Part shown: positions 6,944 to 13,677 of the stretch, piece by piece
Layout of the letters: every line of letters begins with the position of its first letter
Numbering within the stretch: the first letter of the stretch is position 1
Source: Candidatus Aenigmatarchaeota archaeon
GTDB lineage: Archaea > Aenigmatarchaeota > Aenigmatarchaeia > Aenigmatarchaeales > Aenigmatarchaeaceae
Direction: 5' to 3'
Length of the DNA: 39,123 nt
NCBI GenBank assembly: GCA_018221065.1
Contig: JAAOXY010000082.1
Location: 1-39,123, forward strand
Notes under the pieces: generated by a model
Told to the model about the DNA's origin: nothing
The model's database searches: none
Seen by the model: only the letters and a program-made list of their open reading frames with translations
Position numbers and translations under genes: made by a program

Positions 6944-7077
6944 TTGCTTTCTTCCTCTTTATCGTCTTTGTATTTATCGATTGCATCTTTAGCTATTTTC
7001 TGAGCAGTCTTCCATAATCCAACTTCAAGGGAAACTATTTTATTAAGAGCATTTAATAACTCACCAATCGAAGCCAT
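6940..7077 (-). CDS. hypothetical helical protein (45 aa)
   Basis: Hand-translated, 46 codons. ATGA stop/start overlap with 6659..6943. Its ATG overlaps the end of 7061..7267. Confidence 0.4.
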   Translation of the reverse strand: MASIGELLNALNKIVSLEVGLWKTAQKIAKDAIDKYKDDKEEESK

Positions 7078-7267
7078 TGTATCTTTCCTTTCTGCTTTTA
7101 TTTTGTTTTTTCTTAATATAATAATCTTTAATAGTTAAGATGATTGCTATAATTCCACATAAGATAGCCCATGCCACTAGAAAATCAAAGTCATATTTTG
7201 GTTTAGATATTATTCTTAGGAATACAGCAACAACAAACATACTATAGAAAGTTACTTTAATAGACAT
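7061..7267 (-). CDS. membrane protein (68 aa)
   Basis: ORF track. AAGGAGGATAAATTA RBS. Two hydrophobic segments. Confidence 0.65.
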   Translation of the reverse strand: MSIKVTFYSMFVVAVFLRIISKPKYDFDFLVAWAILCGIIAIILTIKDYYIKKKQNKSRKERYNGFDW

Positions 7268-7291
7268 TAATTTATCCTCCTTTTAAAAAAA

Positions 7292-7321
7292 AGAGACATC
7301 CCTTAACTGGGAGATGTCTCT
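7292..7321 (-). terminator. terminator hairpin (AGAGACATC / GATGTCTCT)
   Basis: A-run followed by a 9-bp stem. Lies between 7338..7874 and 7061..7267. Confidence 0.55.
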
Positions 7322-7337
7322 CTATAAATCAAAGATC

Positions 7338-7874
7338 CTATTTATGGATTTTGATCTCGCCGACCTTTTCATCATCATTGACAATCATAACAGTTATTCC
7401 TGTTAATGTCTCATCATTGAATCTCATGTATATCAAGCTGACTTCCTCAACAATTCTATTATTGCTGATCCCTACTCCAGTGTTAAATCCAAAGAATAAA
7501 CCTCTTTGGGTGCGTGTAGTTTGGGTTCCGGCTGGTGTCCCACAGTAATACTTCACTCTATCTATGGGATCGCCTTTTTTAATTTCCTTCCCATCACATT
7601 TTAGGACATTGTCTGATATATCAATTTTGCCCCTATGCCTTTCTGCGGCATCAGATTCAGAGACTCCAACAGCAATCATAAGAGCAACACCAATGAAGAA
7701 AAATATTACTGCTATACAAAACCATCGAATCATCAATCTTTTTAATTGTATTACAATGGGATCCTTCAAACCATATCCTTTTCTTAATCTGTTCTCCCGA
7801 TCTTTTTCAAATGGACTTGCTTTTAGTAATGCAACAATTGCTAGAATCATTGCTAAAGCACCTAGAATAATCAT
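7338..7874 (-). CDS. membrane-anchored protein (178 aa)
   Basis: ORF track. GGAGGTGTCATT RBS. N-terminal hydrophobic segments. Confidence 0.75.
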   Translation of the reverse strand: MIILGALAMILAIVALLKASPFEKDRENRLRKGYGLKDPIVIQLKRLMIRWFCIAVIFFFIGVALMIAVGVSESDAAERHRGKIDISDNVLKCDGKEIKKGDPIDRVKYYCGTPAGTQTTRTQRGLFFGFNTGVGISNNRIVEEVSLIYMRFNDETLTGITVMIVNDDEKVGEIKIHK

Positions 7875-7903
7875 AATGACACCTCCTTTTAATTTAAATT
7901 AGG

Positions 7904-7973
7904 TACCCCGCAGAGGGGTCGAACCTCCTGTGCCGCTTCGTAAAAGAACGGCTGCTCCTAACAGCAACGGGGT
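7904..7973 (-). tRNA. tRNA-like element with a non-canonical anticodon arm
   Basis: Minus-strand read: a 7-bp acceptor stem (ACCCCGT/GCGGGGT), U8, a D-loop GG, a T arm GGAGG-TTCGACC-CCTCT, and a discriminator A followed by CC. The anticodon arm has either a C.A mismatch with loop UUUUACG, or a perfect 5-bp stem CCGUU/AGCGG with a 9-nt loop CUUUUACGA. Confidence 0.4.
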
Positions 7974-7980
7974 ATGATAA

Positions 7981-8520
7981 CTATCCCAATCTACTATCAT
8001 GATCAAACATTTTAACAAATTGTTTTGCCATACCTTTTACTTGGCCTTGTAGTATAATTCCCCAAGTGTCTCTTATTTTTTTTACTGAAAGAATCTCAAG
8101 TTTCTCAAATTCCATTTCCCCCACTTCGACATACATTCGGGCAAGAATGTGACATATTGAATCTCCCTCTGAAACTGATCCGATGATATTCAAACTCTTG
8201 AAATCAACTCCTCCTCCTGCTTCAGAAGCCATCTCTACTGAGTTACGTAAGAAATTTGCGAAGAAGTCTATATCAGACATTTCTTTTATATCTTCTATGG
8301 TTTTTTCACTCCCAAAGAGCCCTTCAAAAAGGCCTGCCGAAAACTCTTCAGGGAATTCTACAGAAGATGCTTCTAATGGGGATGTTATCATAGATTTAAA
8401 CTCTTTCAATGCTTCTGGAGTATACAGTTTAGCAACCTCGTTCCATTCCTTCTTCTGTAGCTTTATAAAATACAATTTGGCCAAGAATTCTTCCGATTTA
8501 ACTACATTGTCTTTTACCAT
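7981..8520 (-). CDS. hypothetical acidic protein (179 aa)
   Basis: ORF track. GGAGGAGATATTACA RBS. Promoter core 40 nt upstream. Confidence 0.75.
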   Translation of the reverse strand: MVKDNVVKSEEFLAKLYFIKLQKKEWNEVAKLYTPEALKEFKSMITSPLEASSVEFPEEFSAGLFEGLFGSEKTIEDIKEMSDIDFFANFLRNSVEMASEAGGGVDFKSLNIIGSVSEGDSICHILARMYVEVGEMEFEKLEILSVKKIRDTWGIILQGQVKGMAKQFVKMFDHDSRLG

Positions 8521-8559
8521 TGTAATATCTCCTCCTGATAAAATAAGATTTTGTTTATT

Positions 8560-8581
8560 AGTAATTAATATATATAGAATA
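8560..8581 (-). promoter_or_regulatory. early promoter-like cassette core
   Basis: AGTAATTAATATATATAGAATA. Confidence 0.5.
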
Positions 8582-8596
8582 AGTCGCTAAAAATAA

Positions 8597-8806
8597 CTAT
8601 CCGACCCGACCATAAACTGGTGGCAAACCAAAGAATCTTCGAGCATTATCAATTGTATCCAAACTATTAGAGTCTATATATTCAAGCAATAGAGAACAAT
8701 CCTTAGACCGTGCTAGATTGGTCACATCCTCAAAAGGGAAAGTACCGATTAAACTTTTACATATAGCTAATACTATACAATTTTTACATGGGACATCAGT
8801 CATCAT
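8597..8806 (-). CDS. Cys-containing protein, PCKxCIxxAIC subfamily (69 aa)
   Basis: ORF track. MMTDVPCKNCIVLAICKS.. Confidence 0.7.
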   Translation of the reverse strand: MMTDVPCKNCIVLAICKSLIGTFPFEDVTNLARSKDCSLLLEYIDSNSLDTIDNARRFFGLPPVYGRVG

Positions 8807-8972
8807 AAGTATTTTTCTTTCTATGACTAAGAAGTCTCATAGATAAAAATGGATGACCGATTTGATCTCTACACCATTTATGCATCGCATCCTCATCTTC
8901 GAACTCCTTCTCCCAAGGCTTCCCGTCAGGAGTTTCCTCATTATATGTTTGGAACGTTCCTATAATTGTCAT
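8796..8972 (-). CDS. hypothetical protein (58 aa)
   Basis: Hand-translated, 59 codons: MTIIGTFQTYNEETPDGKPWEKEFEDEDAMHKWCRDQIGHPF.. Overlaps the start of 8597..8806. Confidence 0.45.
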   Translation of the reverse strand: MTIIGTFQTYNEETPDGKPWEKEFEDEDAMHKWCRDQIGHPFLSMRLLSHRKKNTYDD

Positions 8973-9010
8973 AGATTTAATCCTTTCCTTTTATTAGTTT
9001 CATTAGATTT

Positions 9011-9220
9011 TTAAATACTATTATATTCATGGACAGCTTTCGCTATATCACTTCCAGAATATATAACAGATCCAGCCCTGCATACATTGAATAACATAGA
9101 TTTTATAATAGGGTTTACAGTCATTATAAGATCTTTGTGTTCAGTTCTTCCCCTGATTGAAGCTAAAACATGTTCAATTTTAAAATCCTTTAACTCTTCA
9201 ATACTTATTTGATGTGTCAT
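9011..9220 (-). CDS. hypothetical protein (69 aa), paralog of 3171..3410
   Basis: ORF track. GGAAGGAGG RBS. Confidence 0.65.
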   Translation of the reverse strand: MTHQISIEELKDFKIEHVLASIRGRTEHKDLIMTVNPIIKSMLFNVCRAGSVIYSGSDIAKAVHEYNSI

Positions 9221-9256
9221 TTAATTCTACCTCCTTCCTGAAAAATCTGGCGGGCT

Positions 9257-9293
9257 CACAGTTCCAGAAATTACTTGCATTCCTGGAACTGTG
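9257..9293 (-). other. perfect 11-bp hairpin inside a GC-richer intergenic segment
   Basis: CACAGTTCCAG (9257-9267) pairs with CTGGAACTGTG (9283-9293), 15-nt loop. Enclosed by TCTGGC (9246-9251) and GCCAGA (9362-9367). Confidence 0.5.
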
Positions 9294-9373
9294 ACTTTAC
9301 CTCACCGCGGGATTAGTATAGGAGCTGTCTTTCATCCTTGCGAGAATCAGACGGGCAACCTGCCAGAATTTAT

Positions 9374-9754
9374 TTATCCTATTTTAATATGAAAATCAAT
9401 CTCGATGAATCTCTTGATGAATCTCTTTGCTCTCTTGAATTGGTCTCGGTGTTTTCTTTCTCTACATAACCAGCGGCGTTTTCTTTCTTGACAATAATCT
9501 TCACGCCTTATATGCCGAAAATCGTAATGCCTACATTTACAACATATTCGCTCATCTACATATGCAAGAGAGCAAGTAACTCCATGATAAGGACACTTTC
9601 CCCGAAGCCCATGGTCACTATGTAGATCAGGTTTATCCCAATCACATGCATAGAATTTACAATTACAACAAACTCGCTCATTACCCATACCTTTAAGATC
9701 ACAACCAAAACATCCACCATGATACGCAGCTCCACCACGATAATATCTTCTCAT
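9374..9754 (-). CDS. Cys/His-rich basic protein with internal ER[VI]CCxCxxY repeat (126 aa)
   Basis: ORF track. GGAGGTGAAATT RBS. NERVCCNCKFY and DERICCKCRHY. Confidence 0.7.
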   Translation of the reverse strand: MRRYYRGGAAYHGGCFGCDLKGMGNERVCCNCKFYACDWDKPDLHSDHGLRGKCPYHGVTCSLAYVDERICCKCRHYDFRHIRREDYCQERKRRWLCRERKHRDQFKRAKRFIKRFIEIDFHIKIG

Positions 9755-9797
9755 AATTTCACCTCCTTGAAAAATTTAAGTTTAATAATTATTTATT

Positions 9798-9819
9798 AAT
9801 AATTAATATATATAGAATT
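9798..9819 (-). promoter_or_regulatory. early promoter-like cassette core
   Basis: AATAATTAATATATATAGAATT, 44 nt upstream of ATG 9754. Confidence 0.5.
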
Positions 9820-9826
9820 AGAATCC

Positions 9827-9860
9827 AAAAAAAGATCAGCTAGCTACCCTGATCTTTTTT
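9827..9860. terminator. bidirectional terminator
   Basis: A-run, AGATCAG ... CTGATCT, T-run. Confidence 0.6.
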
Positions 9861-9890
9861 GTATAGGTTCTGTACCTAAGCTCTATAGTT

Positions 9891-10124
9891 CTAGCTTTCT
9901 ATCCGTCTCCGGCATTCAGTTGCGATGGTTTCCACATTCTGAAAGGCATGATACCAACCTGTTACCATAATTGCAAGACTCACAATTCCAAATACCCAAT
10001 AGAACCAAGGCATTGAACCCATCACTTCATAATAATGAAAGATGTTCCATGATAACCAGACACCAATTGAAAACACTATCCAAAACCCAAACGCTTCTTT
10101 CACATTTCTTCTTAAGTCTTTCAT
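9891..10124 (-). CDS. membrane protein (77 aa)
   Basis: ORF track. GGAGG RBS. Two hydrophobic segments. Confidence 0.7.
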   Translation of the reverse strand: MKDLRRNVKEAFGFWIVFSIGVWLSWNIFHYYEVMGSMPWFYWVFGIVSLAIMVTGWYHAFQNVETIATECRRRIES

Positions 10125-10167
10125 AGTGTAACCTCCTATTAAAATAAGTGTTGTATAACTCCTTTAT

Positions 10168-10191
10168 CATTCATTAATATATATAGTAATT
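10168..10191 (-). promoter_or_regulatory. early promoter-like cassette core
   Basis: CATTCATTAATATATATAGTAATT, 44 nt upstream of ATG 10124. Confidence 0.5.
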
Positions 10192-10216
10192 ATTTCTTTC
10201 TTGGGTAAAATGGGTA

Positions 10217-10403
10217 TCAAGGATGCTTTTCTATAATTTCATCAAAATATTTCTGTCTTATTTGACATTCAAAAAATTTTTTACACATAGCTTTAACTAC
10301 ACAAATACCACATAGGACATTTTCCATTATTCAATCCTTCTAAATCACACCCTTTTAAAATCCAGAAATAGTACCCACAACCAGTACAATGTTTATTTTC
10401 CAT
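10217..10403 (-). pseudogene. frameshifted Cys-rich family member
   Basis: MENKHCTGCGYYFWILKGCDLEGLNNGKCP, then one extra base (TGT CCT A TGT), then CGICVVKAMCKKFFECQIRQKYFDEIIEKHP*. Frame 0 stops at 10293-10295. Span is 187 nt (3n+1). Confidence 0.5.
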
Positions 10404-10413
10404 CTTCCTCCTT

Positions 10414-10455
10414 AAAAAAAAGAGATCAGGCCATAAGGACTCCAATCTCTTTTTA
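10414..10455 (-). terminator. intrinsic terminator
   Basis: A-run, AGAGAT ... ATCTCT, T-run. Confidence 0.5.
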
Positions 10456-10537
10456 TCGCAACCTCAAGAAAGGTCCGTTGACTTGGGACCTGCCACAAGC
10501 CAGTTCTGCCACCAAATCAGAAGTATGCGAATTTCAT

Positions 10538-10708
10538 TTAATGAAATGTGAAATTTTCAAATTCCATTCCCAAAAGTTCAAGAGGCATATCTTCATCTAT
10601 GAGCGTTTCAGCTAGGCGTTTATTCTCTAACCATTCTTTTATCACTGGACACATATCACGGCATTCATGTCTACCGGGACATATAGCACAAGGACTATTT
10701 GGATCCAT
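10538..10708 (-). CDS. small Cys-containing protein (56 aa), C-half-like motif PCAIC..C..MC
   Basis: Hand-translated, 57 codons. GGAGGTAATTCGA RBS. Promoter core 40 nt upstream. Preferred over the antisense track ORF 10548..10730. Confidence 0.55.
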   Translation of the reverse strand: MDPNSPCAICPGRHECRDMCPVIKEWLENKRLAETLIDEDMPLELLGMEFENFTFH

Positions 10709-10747
10709 TCGAATTACCTCCTTAAAATAATTAAGATTTTGTTTATT

Positions 10748-10769
10748 AGAAATTAATATATATAGAATT
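10748..10769 (-). promoter_or_regulatory. early promoter-like cassette core
   Basis: AGAAATTAATATATATAGAATT. Confidence 0.5.
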
Positions 10770-10775
10770 AAGAAC

Positions 10776-10943
10776 TTAACTTAATTTTTTAGATTGGTTT
10801 TTATACCACTCATCCCAACTTTCACATCCATAATCACACATCATTTTAACAAGACAATTCGTACATGGACATGAACCATCTTGAATTTTATAACACCTTA
10901 TAGCTATTGTTTTATATGAGCACCCATCACATTTATTCCTCAT
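10776..10943 (-). CDS. small Cys-rich protein, family member (55 aa)
   Basis: Hand-translated: MRNKCDGCSYKTIAIRCYKIQDGSCPCTNCLVKMMCDYGCESWDEWY.. Confidence 0.6.
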   Translation of the reverse strand: MRNKCDGCSYKTIAIRCYKIQDGSCPCTNCLVKMMCDYGCESWDEWYKNQSKKLS

Positions 10944-11112
10944 TATCTATATCCCACTTATCATGATCATCACATATATTGTAGCACATCGGTTTAACGA
11001 CACATATCCCACATGGACAGTTTCCATCATCATTATAATAATTAGAACATACATTGCCTTTAGCGTAACACCCATCGCAATAATTATGATTTATTTCTTT
11101 ATAAGGATTCAT
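10933..11112 (-). CDS. small Cys-rich protein, family member (59 aa)
   Basis: Hand-translated codon by codon: MNPYKEINHNYCDGCYAKGNVCSNYYNDDGNCPCGICVVKPMCYNICDDHDKW.. Confidence 0.6.
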   Translation of the reverse strand: MNPYKEINHNYCDGCYAKGNVCSNYYNDDGNCPCGICVVKPMCYNICDDHDKWDIDNEE

Positions 11113-11295
11113 ATTTAAGATCCTCTTTAAATAAACGCCATTCCCTCCATTTATAGCACCAATCCTGACACATCATTTTTACAATGCATTTGGAGCATGG
11201 ACATGAACCTTCTAGATTAAATTCTCTTACAGAATAACAAGCTCCAATATGGGAGTCACCGGACAACCTTGACAGTTTGGACGATCACCACCCAT
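11099..11295 (-). pseudogene. frameshifted Cys-rich family member
   Basis: MGGDRPNCQGC in frame 0 (stop at 11227-11229). The rest, GDSHIGACYSVREFNLEGSCPCSKCIVKMMCQDWCYKWREW.., is in another frame. Span is 197 nt (3n+2). Confidence 0.5.
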
Positions 11296-11554
11296 AAGAG
11301 TTGGAAAGAAAAGCGGGCTCTACTACAGCCTTTTTTTCTTTATATGTTGGGAGTTTATTCCATGCTTCATATGCTTCTTTGTCACCTCCATGATAAAACA
11401 TATAACTTGCATCACACACGACTTCAATGACATGCTCTTTCGGCATTACTGGAGGTTGCCCATTATCCTCTAAGGCCCTTAAAGAATCACCGCCAATATA
11501 ATCCCATGTTCTTAAAGCCATATTTTGTATTCTTGTTTTCATTCTCTCATCCAT
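11285..11554 (-). CDS. hypothetical protein (89 aa)
   Basis: ORF track. Overlapping-gene operon. Confidence 0.75.
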   Translation of the reverse strand: MDERMKTRIQNMALRTWDYIGGDSLRALEDNGQPPVMPKEHVIEVVCDASYMFYHGGDKEAYEAWNKLPTYKEKKAVVEPAFLSNSYGW

Positions 11555-11804
11555 CTTTTTCCTCCATATTCAAATGTTTTTTAATCTCATCTAAATCATC
11601 TTGAATGTGTATGAGTCTTTCTGTTTTATTAGATTGTTTCCTATGTTGAAGTATATCATCTAAAACTTCTGCTTCTTTTCTACCTGAGACAAATTCCCAG
11701 ATGTAATGACCATATTCAGAAATTAGATGAACAATAACCAAAATTGATAGTATGGCATCCCAATATTTCCATGCCATTAGTGATTGCATTAGATCAAGCA
11801 TCAT
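11547..11804 (-). CDS. hypothetical protein with N-terminal TM (85 aa)
   Basis: ORF track. Confidence 0.7.
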   Translation of the reverse strand: MMLDLMQSLMAWKYWDAILSILVIVHLISEYGHYIWEFVSGRKEAEVLDDILQHRKQSNKTERLIHIQDDLDEIKKHLNMEEKDG

Positions 11805-12114
11805 CTATCTCCTTTTCAACTGTTGGTCTTTCCCCATATGCGTCTAGATCTTTTGGAGCGTCAAATAATAAACTCATTTCTAATGCGCCTCTAATTTGGT
11901 TAAGAAAAAGCGTTTTACACATTGTCCATTCATAGTTTGCAACGCATCTTCCATTTCCGTTTTTAGACCACTCTCCTTCTTTAATTCCATTCTCCCGCAT
12001 AATATTATAAAACTTTTCTTTTAAAGTTTTTATCATTCGTTTGTTTACGGGCATTTTAATAATGTCTTCTGCTACTTTCCTCATCTTTAAATTTCGTTTA
12101 TCATTTTGATTCAT
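11794..12114 (-). CDS. hypothetical protein (106 aa)
   Basis: ORF track. ATGA overlap with the upstream frameshifted ORF. Confidence 0.75.
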   Translation of the reverse strand: MNQNDKRNLKMRKVAEDIIKMPVNKRMIKTLKEKFYNIMRENGIKEGEWSKNGNGRCVANYEWTMCKTLFLNQIRGALEMSLLFDAPKDLDAYGERPTVEKEIDDA

Positions 12115-12309
12115 TTATTATCTCCCTTATATATTCCTTGGGGGTATTGTCTGTTATACCAATCGCTCCATTTGTCACATACCTTTTCATCGTTACACAT
12201 TGGTTTAACCACACATGAAGTACATGGGCAGCCCCCCATTAATATTAATATCATTTTCTGCCTCGCATACCATTGATCCACATCCTATACAATGCCCATT
12301 TTTATTCAT
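12111..12309 (-). pseudogene. frameshifted or split Cys-rich family member
   Basis: MNKNGHCIGCGSMVCEAENDININGG, then a +1 shift at a G6 run (plus-strand CCCCCC 12232-12237), then CPCTSCVVKPMCNDEKVCDKWSDWY..*. An internal ATG at 12239 could start a 42-aa C-half ORF. Span is 199 nt (3n+1). Confidence 0.5.
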
Positions 12310-12314
12310 AGTCT

Positions 12315-12506
12315 CTAAACTCCTTCTATAAATATTTTTTGGTGAACCCATTCCTCTTCCCTATCACAAGTACAATAATGAGGCATCATTTTAACTATAC
12401 ATGTCATGCATGGGCAGCTTTCATCGCTGTTTAATATTGTGCTACATGGCAAAGAGTAGCAGTTTGGGTAATGGCTGCACCCTTTACAATATGGATTTTT
12501 ACTCAT
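12315..12506 (-). CDS. small Cys-rich protein, family member (63 aa)
   Basis: In-frame ATG 12506 (MSKNPYCKGC..ESCPCMTCIVKMMPHYCTC). Overlaps the ligase stop by 8 nt. The longer track start at 12581 lies inside the ligase gene. Confidence 0.65.
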   Translation of the reverse strand: MSKNPYCKGCSHYPNCYSLPCSTILNSDESCPCMTCIVKMMPHYCTCDREEEWVHQKIFIEGV

Positions 12507-13677
12507 AATCTCTAACTGCTTCAGCTTCAGCTGGGACTCCAACTGGTTGAAGTGGAACTCCATCTTCAGATAGTTCTGCATACCTGACAGTTAACATTGA
12601 ACCAATATCATTTGGAAGATTTAGAAGCATTGCTTTACGATCTTCGACTGTGCCTCTTGGCCTGGCATCAAACTCTATTCCTGTTTTGCTAATGCATCTA
12701 TATATGATACATCCCTCATCAGTTCCGGTACCTTCTTTTCCACCAACTATTTCAAACTCATCATCTTGATATGCTTTTACTTTTTCAAGATCATCTGAGT
12801 TATATTGAAATAGATATATTCCGTTTACATTCTTTAACATGGCTCCTTCAAAACCATTTTGAACACAATCATCGTGATATGCTTTTGCTTCAGCGTAGTT
12901 ATGAACTATCTTGCTTGGGGAAAATTTAATAGGACATATCATATCAGAATGATTTAACTCTAGTTTTGTTACTTCTTTCATAATCCATTTTATTCTTTCT
13001 TCAAATGTAGGTCCAATCCAAGCAATATCATATAACCAGTATTCTAAAAGGTGTTGATCTGGTTTTATTTTTTTGGTATATGATCCAATCTTTTGAAGAC
13101 TCCATCCATGAACATATAATTCTCCATGTACTGGAGCTGGAGCCTTAAGTTCTTTCAACCACGAATCAAGATGGGCAAGAGTGTTAAATAAATGACCACC
13201 TCTTGAATGATGAATCATTTGAAAATGTTCTACATCGATTTCAGCCAAATTACAAATGCCATTGAACTTCGGTTGAATATATGCGGGATATACAATCTTT
13301 CCTTTACCAACTCCCTTTGCGAGCTGAGGTAGCATGAGTCTTGGTTCATACTTAGGACCAACATTAGCAGAGCCATTTTTATTAACCTGGGGGTCGAGTA
13401 AGCCCAAATCAAACTCATAGTTGGCAGCTCTCTTAACTGTCAGCTGTGATTCAATTTGAGATTTAGCTTGCTCAAATGGAGTTGTTTCATTTGCTTTTCC
13501 AATATTCTTTCCCTTCTTTATTAGCTTTGGCATTGGTCGAATCTTCTGACCAACATAACCAGACTCAACAATAATAGATGCCGTATGGTTATCATGTTCT
13601 ACAACTTTCGCTTGCCATTGTTTCAATTTCCCTGTTCTACTTACTCCGAATAGTGCTGGAAGTTCTACGTTTTGCAT
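12499..13677 (-). CDS. lig: ATP-dependent DNA ligase (392 aa)
   Basis: ORF track. Nucleotidyltransferase motifs: PKFNG (KxDG-type motif I), EGAMLK (motif IV), LEKVK (motif V). Confidence 0.88.
   Translation of the reverse strand: MQNVELPALFGVSRTGKLKQWQAKVVEHDNHTASIIVESGYVGQKIRPMPKLIKKGKNIGKANETTPFEQAKSQIESQLTVKRAANYEFDLGLLDPQVNKNGSANVGPKYEPRLMLPQLAKGVGKGKIVYPAYIQPKFNGICNLAEIDVEHFQMIHHSRGGHLFNTLAHLDSWLKELKAPAPVHGELYVHGWSLQKIGSYTKKIKPDQHLLEYWLYDIAWIGPTFEERIKWIMKEVTKLELNHSDMICPIKFSPSKIVHNYAEAKAYHDDCVQNGFEGAMLKNVNGIYLFQYNSDDLEKVKAYQDDEFEIVGGKEGTGTDEGCIIYRCISKTGIEFDARPRGTVEDRKAMLLNLPNDIGSMLTVRYAELSEDGVPLQPVGVPAEAEAVRDYE

Noticed and set aside
7904-7973. Ochre-suppressor tRNA (nominal anticodon UUA) implying TAA readthrough
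   Set aside because: TAA is the most common terminator of well-delimited ORFs in this window, and no ORF needs TAA readthrough to be completed. That fold also requires a mismatch and a pyrimidine at position 37.
7351-8590. Plus-strand track ORFs 7351..7548, 7564..7902 and 8183..8590
   Set aside because: They are antisense shadows of well-supported minus-strand genes, with no RBS.
10548-10730. 60-aa plus-strand track ORF
   Set aside because: It is antisense to the minus-strand ORF 10538..10708, which has a GGAGG RBS, a promoter cassette and a family-like Cys motif.
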